From Octopus sinensis (lineage: Eukaryota): DNA of 64,000 nucleotides. Positions 1 to 13,384 of this stretch are shown piece after piece. Under the pieces are notes generated by a model. The model was not told the DNA's origin, ran no database searches, and saw nothing but the letters and a program-made list of their open reading frames with translations. Within the stretch, counting starts at the first letter, position 1. The number at the start of each line of letters is the position of its first letter. The position numbers and the translations under genes were made by a program. The stretch is from positions 23,560,001-23,624,000 of the forward strand of contig NC_043021.1 in NCBI RefSeq assembly GCF_006345805.1, given 5' to 3'.

Positions 1-1190
1 ATACGTGGGCCTTACAGAGGGTAATTTCAAGGCCAGGTTCAATAACCACACCTTGAGTTTTAGGCACTGGAACAAAAGAAAAGCGACAAAATTATCTAAT
101 CATATTTGGTCTTTAAAATATAAAGGTGTCGATTATAACATCCATTGGAAGATTTTGGCCAAATGTAAGCCCTACACCAACGGCAGCGGAAGGTGCGGTC
201 TATGCGACATGGAGAGATGGCTTATCTGGAAAAGCAGCTTAGATCCTACTACATGTCTAAACTCAAGGACAGAACTTTTCGGATTATGCCCACATGTGAC
301 TAAATTTTGTTACGTTTTTGGTCCCCTAAAGAAAACAGATAGAATTTGCTTTCTATATTATGTCCCAAAAAGTTTTTTTATCTCATTATACCTTTTATTA
401 TTTCATATATTTTTATATTTTCACACATAATTTTTTCTATACTTTTCTATCCTGCATTTTTTCCTGTGCCTATATAGACGTGTATATAGATTCATTTGTA
501 CAGGTGTGTGAATATGTATGAGTGGGCAGTTTTAGATGTGTGCGTGTGTGCGGGCATAAGAATGCACATATATATATAGACGTTTATACTTAGTACTTTT
601 CCATTTTTTTTGTGGGGGGGACATATCTATATTCATTTTTTTTATATGCGTGTGTATGTATGTGTATATAAATATGTGCGGGTATGTACATATATGGGCG
701 TGTGTGTGTATGAGTGCATAGGGGCATGTCCGTATATGAACGTGGTTTTTATGCTTTGTATACTTCCTTATGTTTTTTCTGTCATCTTTAACCATTGTTT
801 TTCTTGTGCCTGTGCGTACATAGACGTATGTATGACTTTTACGGTATGCATGTGTTTGTGTATGAGTTTGTATATATATGCGTATATATTTGGCGAAAAA
901 TGCGAGTGAAGATGTGTACGTTTTCATAGTGACGTATAAGTACGCACGTGGGTTCGCGAGCAGAATTATAATACAGTAATTTCCCTTTATATAACGGTAT
1001 TTTTTCATAGCGTTTTTCAGATGGCCAGATAACCGAAGAGATTGTGTTGTGGATTTCCACTTCGGCATCTGAAACTCAGAGTTTTATCTTGACTATTGAG
1101 TAAATGTAACATATTATTTTATAGATAAATTTCCTCTATTTACATAATATTGAGGTCGCTTTCTTTTGTTATCTTACCGTTTTTACCAAT
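1..1190 (+). mobile_element. Penelope-like element 3' part: GIY-YIG endonuclease C-terminus plus tail
   Basis: YVGLTEGNFKARFNNH...TKLSNHIWSLK...WKILAKCKPY...CGLC...LNSRTELFGLCPH, followed by (TA)n. Confidence 0.85.
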
Positions 1191-1191
1191 A

Positions 1192-1270
<79 letters not shown>

Positions 1271-1414
1271 TGTATGTATATATGTATATTATATCAATTT
1301 ATACATTATAGTCTGACGGCTTGGCCGAGAAGTACCGCTTTGAGTGTATAACTACGTAAAATGTATCTATCGTACATGCATACATACATACATACGTACG
1401 TACATGCATATATA

Positions 1415-1448
<34 letters not shown>

Positions 1449-1469
1449 TCTCTCATTTTTTATTTTCTT

Positions 1470-1627
1470 TCATTTTATTTTCTCTGTTTATTTCTTCGTG
1501 TTCGTTTTCGTTGAGGAGCGTAGGCACGAAACGTAAAAGACGTTCTCAATTTCCCGAGCATCAAACTAATACACTTGATTGTTATTAATACGCCTGTCTT
1601 TGTGTGTTGTTTTCCGTAAATTTCAGC

Positions 1628-1630
<3 letters not shown>
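1470..1630 (+). repeat. PLE pseudo-LTR-type repeat with a degenerate hammerhead motif
   Basis: GAGGAGCGTAGGCACGAAACGTAAAAGAC. Homologous to 50800-50920 and 56940-57150. Ends at (TA)n. Confidence 0.6.
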
Positions 1631-1664
<34 letters not shown>

Positions 1665-1708
1665 ATATGCATGTATGTATGTGTGGGTGTGTATGTGTGC
1701 GTGTCTGT

Positions 1709-1765
<57 letters not shown>

Positions 1766-1784
1766 TATATATATATTATTATAT

Positions 1785-2135
1785 TAGGGTTCTAAGAGAT
1801 ACCATGACATTGGAAACAGCAGCTAAAACTTCATTCTAAAACCACATTAAATATTCATACAGCACCAGGAGAGAAAACAAAAAGACAAAATAAATTTTTT
1901 GCTAGTTTATTTTTGTCTTTTTGCCTTCTCGTACTGATGCTGTATGAACATTTAATATGGCTTTAGAGTCAAGTTTTGGCTGCTATTTCCAACGTGGTGG
2001 TATCTCTTACATGCCCTAAATTATAATTTTAATAATAATTATTACCTTTGAAGATTTTTATTCCCATGCTGGCCACTTGATAGATCGATATTTAAATAAC
2101 GATCTTATCCTTATTTATATAAATTTATATATATG
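1785..2135. repeat. Foldback PLE-terminus-like repeat
   Basis: 1785-2020 is an imperfect palindrome of about 235 nt. 1890-2135 is the reverse complement of about 17705-17960. Confidence 0.65.
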
Positions 2136-2149
2136 CATATATATATATA

Positions 2150-2692
2150 TTGTTATATTTCGGAATGGTCATATTGCCAGTTTAGCCAATAAAAACACAC
2201 GCACTATATATTTGGTGTTATTTTGCTTCAGTGATATTTATTTTTTACATTAATCTTAATCTTATTTCGGCCAGAGTTCTTTCGTCACACTCCTGTGACC
2301 GCATCAGTGGTCCTTTGTTTTCTTCTTTCTTATTTGTTTGTGCCTCTCCTTACTAACCGTCAGCCATTTTGTATTTCTATTGTATGTCTTCATTTGCGCA
2401 TGCTTATATCTCTATGTGCGTCTATGTTTATTTAGCGTGTGTGTGTGGGGGGGGTTCCTGTAATATTTGTATCTTCTGTTTATATACATTCATGTAATTT
2501 GTATTTTGTTTTTATTGTTGTTGCTTTTGTTCTAATTTTGTTCATGTGTTTACATCCACCCATTATTATCATTACATATGCTTGTATGTATGTATAACAA
2601 CAATATTAGTAATAATAATAATAAATCTAATCGAAAAAAAAAATATATAAATATATATATATACACATATATATACACACATATATATATAT

Positions 2693-2743
<51 letters not shown>

Positions 2744-4171
2744 ATACATATACATACATATATACATAGATACATATACATATATATAGTTATTCATTTC
2801 TATTTGTTTATTTATCTGTGTATTTATTATGTTTTCGGGATCCTCTATCGTCATATGTTGTGGTGTGTGCTATTGCTCCATTCTAGTTTTCTATTCAGGC
2901 TTGGTTTATTTTCTATTATATGTGTAGCTTCTGTAATTTGTCTAATTGTTGCATCTGTTCTATGTGTGGACAATAGCTTAATCTCTATGTTATTGATTGA
3001 TCCCCCGTGTTCCTGTTCAGTGTGTTGGTACAGAATCGATGAGCTTTTACCTTCCTTGAGTTGTCTCCAATGTTCATTCACCCGCTCTCCTATGCTTCTT
3101 GCCGTTTCCCCTACGTATGTTATTGTCTTGTTACTGCATCGTCCCTCTATACATCTTATACTATAGACTACATTTCTGGCTTTACAGTTTGTTTGTGGGC
3201 TAAATCTACATACAGTGCAATACTTATCCGTACAGGGGGTTCTACTAAAAGGATATGGTTCTACCAATTATAGATTTGATAGGGTGCCTGACTTTTCAAC
3301 AACCTTAATTCTTAGTTTAAGTTTATCTAGGGGTCCTTCTAAAGCGGTACGCCAGTTCACCTCCAGGGGTGGTGTCAACGAACATGACACTCTGGTATTT
3401 ATGGCTATCATACCAAGAGTTGGCCTTCCCTATTTTCTTTTTTTGTCCTTTCTATAGTGTTCCATGACTTGTTCCTATAGAGTGGGCAAATCCCATTCCT
3501 ATCATTACATTATATATTATCAAATTTCTTCATGGCTCCTTTGTATACTCTGATCGTTTCTTTATGGCTGTAACCTGAGAACTGCATGCGGTGAATGAAA
3601 TACTGTATGTGTCTCTTTAATTCTGTAGGCTCGCACATGCGTGACACATTTCTCATTATTCTGACGAGGTCTGCCATCAAAATATTGAATTTGGCATTGC
3701 CCGCAATGGCTGAGTTCCGGTGGATCAGGTATTTTGAGGCCATAGGTTTGGCATAGTATGAATGAAGGATTTGGGTTTTATTTTTCACAATTTCTAATTT
3801 TTCACAAGTTCAGTGTCTAGTACTGGTAGTCTATGGTTGGGGTGTTTAGTGGGGTAGTCTATTGTGACCTTAATACTCTGGTGGATGGAGTTAGCTATTT
3901 GCTGGATGCTCTCCATAGTATTAGTTTCTATTACTATATCAACATTACTCTCTTGTGGGGGTGCCTTTACCACTATGTTGATATCATCAACATAGCGAGA
4001 GTACATGTTTACGAGTATGGATTTCTGCAGTAGGCGTTCTTTAAGCCTTCTGTCCCACCATACCATGAAAAGGTTTTATTGGCTAAACTGGCAACATGAC
4101 CATTCCGAAATATAACAATATCTGTTTCAACACACATCTTCACATAAAAAATCTTGCACAACAAATATTTA

Positions 4172-4180
<9 letters not shown>
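2150..4180 (-). mobile_element. 5'-truncated Penelope-like element (RT plus C-terminal GIY-YIG) with inverted terminal copy
   Basis: RT YSRYVDDINIVV (3794-4066). EN CTVC...NVVYSIRC...YVGETARSIGERVNEH (2851-3267). The tail end TTTTATTGGCTAAACTGGCAAyATGACCATTCCGAAATATAACA occurs at 2150-2195 (-) and inverted at about 4072-4118. Both ends abut (TA)n. Confidence 0.9.
2269..2313 (-). ncRNA. Hammerhead-like motif in PLE tail (variant core)
   Basis: The minus strand reads GGACCA-CUGAUGC-G-GUCACA-GGAG-UGUGAC-GAAA-GAA-CUC-UGGCC. Stems I and II pair. A9 is replaced by C. Confidence 0.5.
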
Positions 4181-4227
<47 letters not shown>

Positions 4228-4231
4228 TGTA

Positions 4232-4331
<100 letters not shown>

Positions 4332-4336
4332 GTATA

Positions 4337-4383
<47 letters not shown>

Positions 4384-4405
4384 GGTCATACTGCAATACA
4401 CTAAC

Positions 4406-4511
4406 CTTTTTGGGGCTTTTGCTCTGCTTCCCAATCGAGTTCAGTCCGAAAATAAAATCCTTGAGAGGTTAATGCCCATTGCAGTAAAATAATTGAGAAA
4501 AGCTTCCACAT
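4406..4511 (-). CDS. Stanniocalcin-like protein, copy A, exon 1 (rest expected left of the window, or truncated)
   Basis: The reverse complement encodes the same peptide as copy B exon 1 (one synonymous change) with an intact GTTAGT donor. No exon 2 seen in 1-4400. Confidence 0.7.
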
Positions 4512-4675
4512 ACTTCGTATTTCTTTCTCTTCACTTAGATCTAATGTCTTCTGTTGCTAACGACGTGATGTTGCTATCCTTTCTCCAAGTCTATTGATGG
4601 TGTCGGCTGTCAGTGGTTCCGTTTAGCTCTCTCCCGCTATCATGCAGTCATATATAGATATGTGTGAGTTTGTCC

Positions 4676-4720
<45 letters not shown>

Positions 4721-4721
4721 G

Positions 4722-4752
<31 letters not shown>

Positions 4753-5011
4753 TGTGTGTGTGTGTATATACATATACATATACATATTCATATACATAAA
4801 GACTCACACACATATATAATTACATATATATATGTATATACATATACATATATACATTTATAACCAAATATATAGATAAATATAGATATATATTCATATA
4901 TATACATATATATATACTTATATGTACGTATATATATGCATATATATATATATATATATTTCCATATGGAAGTGTGTATGTGTACAAATATGTATGTTTG
5001 TGTGTATGCAT

Positions 5012-5564
<553 letters not shown>

Positions 5565-5851
5565 GACTTTCTTTATTGGCCACACAGTGCTGAATACAGA
5601 GGGGACAAATACAAATGTAGAACATTTCTTGTCGCAAATGAAAATGAAAAAGGGAAAAAAACAAAAAAAAAAGTAAAGTTCCGATGAAAAAGGTCGGGGA
5701 AAGAAAACAAAAGGCGATCAAAAGGGATCGTATCCCAGAAGAATTTTTTTTAATGTAAGAAGCAAGATTAGGTTTATCCGTAGAAAGAAAATCCTGTGGA
5801 AAAGACCACGGTAACTTCAGGCAGGGCGGGAATAAACACATGAGAGCAAAG

Positions 5852-5900
<49 letters not shown>

Positions 5901-6271
5901 TCTCGATTTACCGGATCATGCTCAAAGTGTAAATAGGTCACGAGACGTGACATGACAGGACTATTGTTACTAAGTTCGTCATAGCTGCTGGGGAAGGGAG
6001 AGAGAAAAAGAAGAAAAAATTGTTCTGTTGGACAGGATGTTTACTCCAAGGAGGGGGCGTCTAAGATCTTGGGGAAAAAAGAATTTAAGTTTTGACCATA
6101 CACTCAATAACACTATAAAATGGTCAAAAATTAAATTCTTTTTTCTCCAAGATCTTAGACCCCCCCCCTCCTTGGAGTAAACATCCTGTCCAGCAAAACA
6201 CTTTTTTTCTTCTTTTTCTGTCTCCGTTCCCCTCTTTTTCTTTAACAGAAATACAACAACACACACACATT

Positions 6272-6313
<42 letters not shown>

Positions 6314-6614
6314 TTCTCCCCATCCATCACCCTTTTGTACTGTCTTATATCCCTCCCCACCACTACACCCTCAATAACACTATAAAATGGTCAAAACTTT
6401 TTTCACAGGAACTTAGTTCGATTTGAAAACCCCACTAGAATGGGAGAAAGCGCTAATACATGATCTAAGTTATATGATGTATAAAAACATGTAATATACA
6501 AATAAATATCTGTAAATATAAAACCATCTGAATTTCTGAGTACCTCATTTCTTCTAATATAAAATACCTGTACATCATCTCCAAACCTTCCAATATATAT
6601 ATATATATGTATAT

Positions 6615-7076
6615 ATTTGTGTGTTGTATATGAATAAATGAAAGAATGTAGTCGAACGAAGATGTTAACAAAATTCCTTTACTCTCGACACTAATCTTGC
6701 TAATTCCAACCCATCATACAAGCTTTGTTTACCATGTAGGCAGTCATCGAAATTTTTGTTTGTCTTGTTGTTGAGAGAAGCTCCCTTTCTTTCCTGATGA
6801 GAAGATTTCATAATGCACCCTTTATTCCTTTGGAATGATACCATGTTGTCTTCGAAACATATGTCGAGAGTAAAGGAATTTTGTTAACATCTTCGTTCGA
6901 CTCCATTCTTTCATTTATTCCTATACAACACACAAATTTCTGCACATGAACCCGGAGTTTCTACCCTTGGACAGGTCGCTTCAACCGTGTTTCTGACGTG
7001 AATTTGCTACCCTGGTATCGGTTCAACGAATTTTCCATGCTGACGATAAACATAGGATAATTCATTCACCTATTTA

Positions 7077-7080
<4 letters not shown>
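6615..7080 (+). mobile_element. Solo PLE pseudo-LTR with an upstream inverted partial copy
   Basis: 6615-6690 is the reverse complement of about 6862-6935. 6780-7020 is homologous to the pseudo-LTR at 13385-13670. No ORF. Flanked by (TA)n. Confidence 0.7.
6784..6876 (+). ncRNA. Type I hammerhead ribozyme with long stem II
   Basis: CUUUC-CUGAUGA (6794-6800), stem II GAAGA...UCUUC, GAAA (6854-6857), palindromic stem III ACAUAUGU, GUC at 6863-6865, then GAGAG closing stem I. Confidence 0.8.
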
Positions 7081-7128
<48 letters not shown>

Positions 7129-7131
<3 letters not shown>

Positions 7132-8943
7132 GTAAACCAACGTATAGTAACTGAAAAATTCATATATATTAATACAAACACGAAACTTACAATTACTTAT
7201 TTTGCATTACCTTTGGCTATATTTACAGCGTGTGTCGAAATATTTCTTATTTATTTCTAAAGTGCACTGTAATTAAAAACAAACTTACGAAAAACAGGAA
7301 CCACTTCTCTGTGTGATTATTGTTGCGCAGCTCATGTCAGCCTATCCAAAATGTGGGTCCAAGAAGTTTTAAATTTGGCAGAGGATAACCCTTTTCAGTT
7401 CTAGACATCAGTTTAAGCCATTTTCGTCTCTAGAATAAGCAGAGGGAAGATAGAAAAATGCACACCATGACTGAATTTGCATGTTATTTATCGACCCCCA
7501 TTATAATAAAAAGGGAATGGTTGAGCTTGGCAGGATTTGACCTGAAAGTGGAGGGAACTGAAAATAATTTTGTGAATCATTCAACTCGATGCTTTATCAA
7601 TTCTGCCGGTCCTCTACCTTATGGAAGACGTATCCGTTGTCGAAAATAAGGGCGCAAGCCAGACATTTGTACAAGTCTCAAATTTTGATTCGAAAGCAGC
7701 TATTTTGGTGGGTGGGGGCCAGTCGATTACATCCAGCCCCAGCATCCAACTGGTACTTATTTTATCGACTTCGAAAAGATGAAAGGCTAAGTTGACCCCG
7801 GTGGAATTTGAACTGAGAACATAAAGAGCTGTGAAATACTGCTAGACATTATGTCTGGCGGTGCTGACAATTCTGTCAGGTAACGGGCTTAAGGTACATT
7901 TATACTAAAATATGATTTAAGCTTTAAATAAATATATAATTTGAGCACTGATTGAAGAATAATAGTTTTATTTTACTCAAATTTAGTCATTAGAACCATC
8001 TCTGCTAGGGACATACATAGAATCACAGTGTCTAAACAAGCACTGGTGTCGGAAATAGCCAGTAGGCTTTTAAGATCATTATTAGCGACAGAAGCAGTAT
8101 GAATAGCAAAGAAGGAATATTGATCCTTATTTAAAAGTGGATGTTGTGTTAAAACAAAAATTACTGCGATAGTTACCATGAGAGAACTCTGATATTGGCT
8201 TTTAGTGTATAAAAGCACTCTTCTTTATATTGCGAGCGGGGAGATAACTCACCTGCCATCACCACCACCGAAACTTCCAGATAACGGGATTTCGGTCTTC
8301 ACTGACTTTGTTAATTATAGAAGCTCCACTGCTGGAGTCAGCAGCGATATCTCTGCTAGTGATACTCATAGAATCATAGTGCGTAAACAGGCACTATACT
8401 TACACACACACACACACAAACAAACAAACGCACACACACACAAACATATTCACACAAACACACACACATACACACACACACACGCACACGCACACCCACA
8501 CACACACACACATTCATTCCCAAACACACACATATTTAATTCACAATATACGCATGTATATAATTCGGTGGTAATCACAAAAAAATCCCCTTTAGTGGAC
8601 CAGATCACAAACTACATAGGAAACCAATACGTAGGAGTGTAATGTAGAGTCTTATGCAGTTGTAATGTAGTCAACCTAATGAAGGAGGAGGATTTCAGGA
8701 AGAGTATGTAGACTCTAAAGAAAGTCAGGAGGTACGAGATGAATATATTTATCGCACCACTTGATATCCTTAGGATAACATTCATCTCGCAGTCAACATC
8801 ATGTAGAAATGATTTATTTTAGTGTATAATATATTACTTTACATGCCTGCAATCGTTTGGATGCTATAAAAGAACTATTGTACATTTTATAAACAAACTA
8901 ATACAGATATAGAAGTCTAGCTCAACAGATCAACAAATTATCA
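7129..8943. repeat. Inverted segmental duplication, partner 38788-40799
   Basis: Near-identical reverse-complement sequence, also seen as mirrored ORFs 7458/40470, 7589/40339, 7973/39955 and 8205/39723. Confidence 0.9.
7966..8400. repeat. About 351-nt tandem unit of unknown nature (also 15800-16310, 39290-39965, 48450-48960)
   Basis: ATCTCTGCTAG..GA..CATAGAATCA.AGTG..TAAACA.GCACT recurs at 7998 and 8349. Diverged homologues lie upstream of copies B and C. Confidence 0.7.
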
Positions 8944-8976
8944 TGGTTAATCAAATTTTTAAATTCCTGCTTATAT

Positions 8977-9014
<38 letters not shown>

Positions 9015-9229
9015 TATAAGTAAAAGGGCAGGCAACAGGTTGGTCTGCCGCATAGCGAAAGAATTAGAAATAGCAGTCACAGACTGTTTATTTCCACTTT
9101 CTACAAGTGGGGGCTCCATATACGACATAACCCTGCAATTCACATACGCAAAACAGGAGGAGTAAATAAACGAAAACAATCTCTTACTGTTAATGGTGAA
9201 CATGTTTCTAGATCGGAGGCGAGAAATTG

Positions 9230-10050
9230 CCTAATGTCTTTCTTCAGCACCACCTGATAGGATTATTCGAATCCTGTTTAAGTCAAGTTTTGTTTAAGTC
9301 AAGTTTTGTTCAAGTAGTGAGTTCTTGTTGGGTGAGTTGTATCCAGTTTTGTTCAAGTAGTGAGTTCTTGTTGGGTGAGTTGTATCCAATTATGGGTGGC
9401 TTATCTGGTATTCTTTGAAGGAATCTATCCAGACTCCGTTTAAAGTTGATGGGATCCTTTTCCTCTTTGATCTCCCTCGGGACAATGTTAAATAGGGCAG
9501 GGCCTGTTGAGGAAAAGAAATTATGTTGCAGTGTACATGTATGTTGTGATCTTGAATTGGGCAGGGGACGTATAGCCCGTGGTCCAAGTCTTGGATGAAC
9601 CTTGAAGCTAATGTTTAGGTCGTTTGGGCAAAGTTGGCGGTATATTTTCCACATCGTACAAATGATGTACCGCTCACGGCGACGCTGGAGGGAGTAAAGT
9701 TTCAAGGCTTTAAGGCGATCCCAATAATCGAGAGCAGGCATGCCTTCAACTCGTTTAGTGAGTGCCCTCTGGGGTGACTCAATTCTGGAGATGTTTTGTC
9801 TTGTGTGAGGAGACCACAGTGGGCAGCAGTATTCAAGGTGTGGCCGTACAAAGGAGGAAAAAAGTGGTATGATGACACCTTGTTCTCTGGACTGGAAAGT
9901 TCTTAAGATCCAGGAACTCATCCTACGAGCTATATCGACCTTCTTGTTGATGTGTGCACTCCAACTGAGATCGTCATCAACAATTACACCCAGGTCTCTG
10001 ATATTGTTAGAGGCAGTGAAGGAAGAGAGTATGGTTGTTTTAGTGAGGAA
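9230..10050 (-). mobile_element. CR1/L2-type LINE 3' fragment
   Basis: FVRPHLEYCCPLWSPH...IESPQRALTKRV...YWDRLKALKLYSLQRRRERY is the CR1/L2 RT C-terminus. A 43-nt tandem repeat lies at the 3' end (9303-9388). Cut at its 5' side by PLE sequence. Confidence 0.9.
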
Positions 10051-12699
10051 TTTCTTCCAAAATGCATCAGCTCAAATTTTGAATTAAAAAAATTGAGTTA
10101 ACGCAGGTGTAATCAGTTATTTTTACTTTCGACACATGTTTCGAAAATTCCACTAATACTATTTTATTTTACTTAAATTTAGTCATTAGAACCATCTCTG
10201 CTAGGGAAATACATAGAATCACATACGTTAACTCCATTTTTTATTCATATTATTCAAAATATTCAACGTAAACACGAAGTTTCTACCTTTATAAACAAGG
10301 AGTTACAACACCCTTACTTGTGAGATTTTTGCTGCCCTGGTAACTATTTATTTATTTTTTCCGTGTTAATTGTTAACAAAGTAAAAATACACTCATCTAT
10401 TTATAATGCTTTAATCAGGTTTATTATAACCTGCTAACTGAATAGTTACAGCATATGGAGTTATTGAATATTAACGCATCTCTTAAGGACATTCCTATTC
10501 CACCTAAGAATGTTTTCCTTAAACAACTTGTCAATAAGATAAATTCATTCATCAACCGAATAAGATGGCTTACCTTTTTCTTTGACAAAAATGACACTCA
10601 ACAACACACTAATGATAAAACATCTGAGTTCAACAAGTTATTTAAATCTAAAAATAGTCCGCCGCCTAACCCAAGATTGAAGCAATTTGAAGATGATCTC
10701 TGGTCCATTGTGAGAAATATAAAATTTCAACGATTACCACTAAGAAATAAACATCTGAGGTATCTTCGCAACATCACCAAAGAAATCAATTCTATGGATA
10801 CTATGTTGGTTCAATCTGATAAGACTGGAAAGCTGTACAAACTTTATAAAGACTATTATTTGGAATTACTTAAAAAAGAAATTCAGAAAAAGTATAAAAT
10901 TGCTGATAAAAGAATACTTAAGAAAGCCAACATTTAGGCTATGAAAATGATGGAGAAATATAACCTACAAATGAAGACAGAACCACTTGTTCCTAAGCAA
11001 CCTCGGTTCATTTTGAAGGATCACAAACCAATTTTTTTTACTAACCCATCATTAAGGCTTATATGCCCTTCTAGCTCTGACATCGGTATCCTTAGTAAAA
11101 ATATACTAGATATATATATTCCTAATTTAATCAAAACATTAAAACTTAGTTTATGGACTAATTCGTTTGAAATAGTTGACTGGTTTAGTTCTATTAACAA
11201 TAAGGTGAGTACTAAGTTTATCCAGTTTGATATTTCCAATTTTTATTCATCTATCAATCCAATAGTACTTAATAAGGCACTTTGGCTTGCTCATAACAAA
11301 GCTGGTCTCACCCGAGAAGAAATTAATGTTGTGCTGGCAGCCAGAAGATCTATTATTAAATTTGATGATAAGTTGTGGGTCCGTAAAGACACACCAGATA
11401 GTTTCGATATACCAATGGAAAGTTCTGATTCAGCACAGATAGCTGATTTGGTCTGTATATATATTCTTTTTGAAATGGCTGAAGAGTTCCCTAACATTTA
11501 TGAAGGTCTATATCGTGATGATTGTTTACTTTACCTACAAAATGTTTCCAACCAAAAGGTACAAAAAGTTAAGAATAGTTTAGTTAATTTTTTCAGTAGA
11601 ATGGGCTTAAAAATCGTTTTTGATGACGATATGACGAAGGCCAACTTTTTATATATTACGCTTAATTTACACAGTGACTCTTACCTCCCATATCGTAAAC
11701 CGTTGACCAATCTTAAGTACATTAGCAAATTTAGTAATCATCCTGGAGCGATTACTAAGAACTTAGTTAAGAATAGTTCATTTAGATTATCTAAATTATC
11801 TGCTAATGTTGATATTTTCAATAATAACGCTGAATTCTATAACTCTGCCTTAATCAAAGCAGGTTATACAGAGAAAATTTTCTACATAGATTCTGCTCAG
11901 TCTAATTGTAAATTCAATAATGTAGATAAGATTTCTAGTCGTAAAAGAACTATTGATAACAAACATAACTTACGCACCGATACAAAGCGAATGAAGGCAG
12001 ATAACCCTTATTTAATCCCCTATTATCGATCTAAAAGTAAATATAACACCTTCAAAAGTAATTACGCTATGAATACTAGTAAAAGTATTTGGTTAATATT
12101 TCCTTACGGGAGACAAATTAAATCTAATCTCCCACTGCTGTTTCGTCAAGCCATTGCTAGGAATTTTCCAAACAATTCTAGATATTACTCTATAATCAAT
12201 TCACATAAGGTCAGGATAGGTTTTTCAAACACAAAAAATCTCTTGCAAATTATCTCTTCTCATAATAACAAACTGTTAAATATTAATACATTTACTAATA
12301 CTAACATTAATTTAGCTAATACTATCCAACCCTCTAGAAATATTAATAACAAGGTCATTGTATCTGAAGTCAATTCCAATAGAATTAAATTTATGTCAAG
12401 TAACTCTAAGGTTAAAAATTATATATACCAGTGGTTAATCAGTACTCGTAATAAAGTACGATTTTACATTGGAAGCACATCGTTAGAGTTATCTAAAAGA
12501 ATTTCTATCAATTACTCAACATTTAGGGATAGAAATAAACGGAATAGTACCAGTCTCATCAAACTGATTTGGGATTTAAAAGACGACAATGAACAATTTC
12601 ATTTAGAATGGTTGATTCTCTCAATTTCGATACCATATGACAAAGGCAAGAAATTCTGTCTTCTCTGCAATTCTGAGCTATTTTTTCTAAAAATACTCT

Positions 12700-13113
12700 A
12701 GGAGTGGCTGTGTGGTAAGTAGCTTGCTAACCAGCCACATGGTTCCGGTTTCAGTCCCACTGCGTGGCATCTTGGGCAAGTGTCTTCTGCTATAGCCGCG
12801 GGCTGACCAATGCCTTGTGAGTGGATTTGGTAGACGGAAACTGAAAGAAGTCTGTCGTATATATGTATATATATATATATGTGTGTGTGTGTGATTGTGT
12901 GTCTGTGTTTGTCCCCCTAGCATTGCTTGACAACCGATGCTGGTGTGTTTACGTCCCCGTCACTTAGCGGTTCGGCAAAAGAAATCGATAGAATAAGTAC
13001 TGGGCTTACAAAGAATAAGTCCCGGGGTCGATTTGCTCGACTAAAGGCGGTGCTCCAGCATGGCCGCAGTCAAATGACTGAAACCGGTAAAAGAGTAAAA
13101 GAGTAAAAGAGTA
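12700..13113 (+). mobile_element. tRNA-derived SINE family 1, inserted in the PLE endonuclease
   Basis: Head GGAGTGGCTGTGTGGTAAG...GGTTTCAGTCCC, internal (TA)/(TG) tract, tail (GTAAAAGA)n. Other copies at 30794-31200, 63414-63815, 42600-42900(-), 45870-46080, 20620-20830 and 56200-56360(-). Confidence 0.85.
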
Positions 13114-13384
13114 GTAAACACGTTTATAGAGCGAGCATACAGATGTAAGCATTGGAAGAAACATACATTTAGTGCATATAAGTAGTCTCTATCATTATAT
13201 ATAATTTAAACTTTAATTTCCTTTATATTTAACATTCACTATTAATATCCCTACTCTTTCTGTTAGCTACTTATGACGTTATATCATATAACGTTTTTTT
13301 AAACAAAATTAATAGCGTTCTGTCTATCGCTATACAAATCCATCATTTTTTGCTAAAATGTCTTATTGACGAGTTTCGTTTTTT

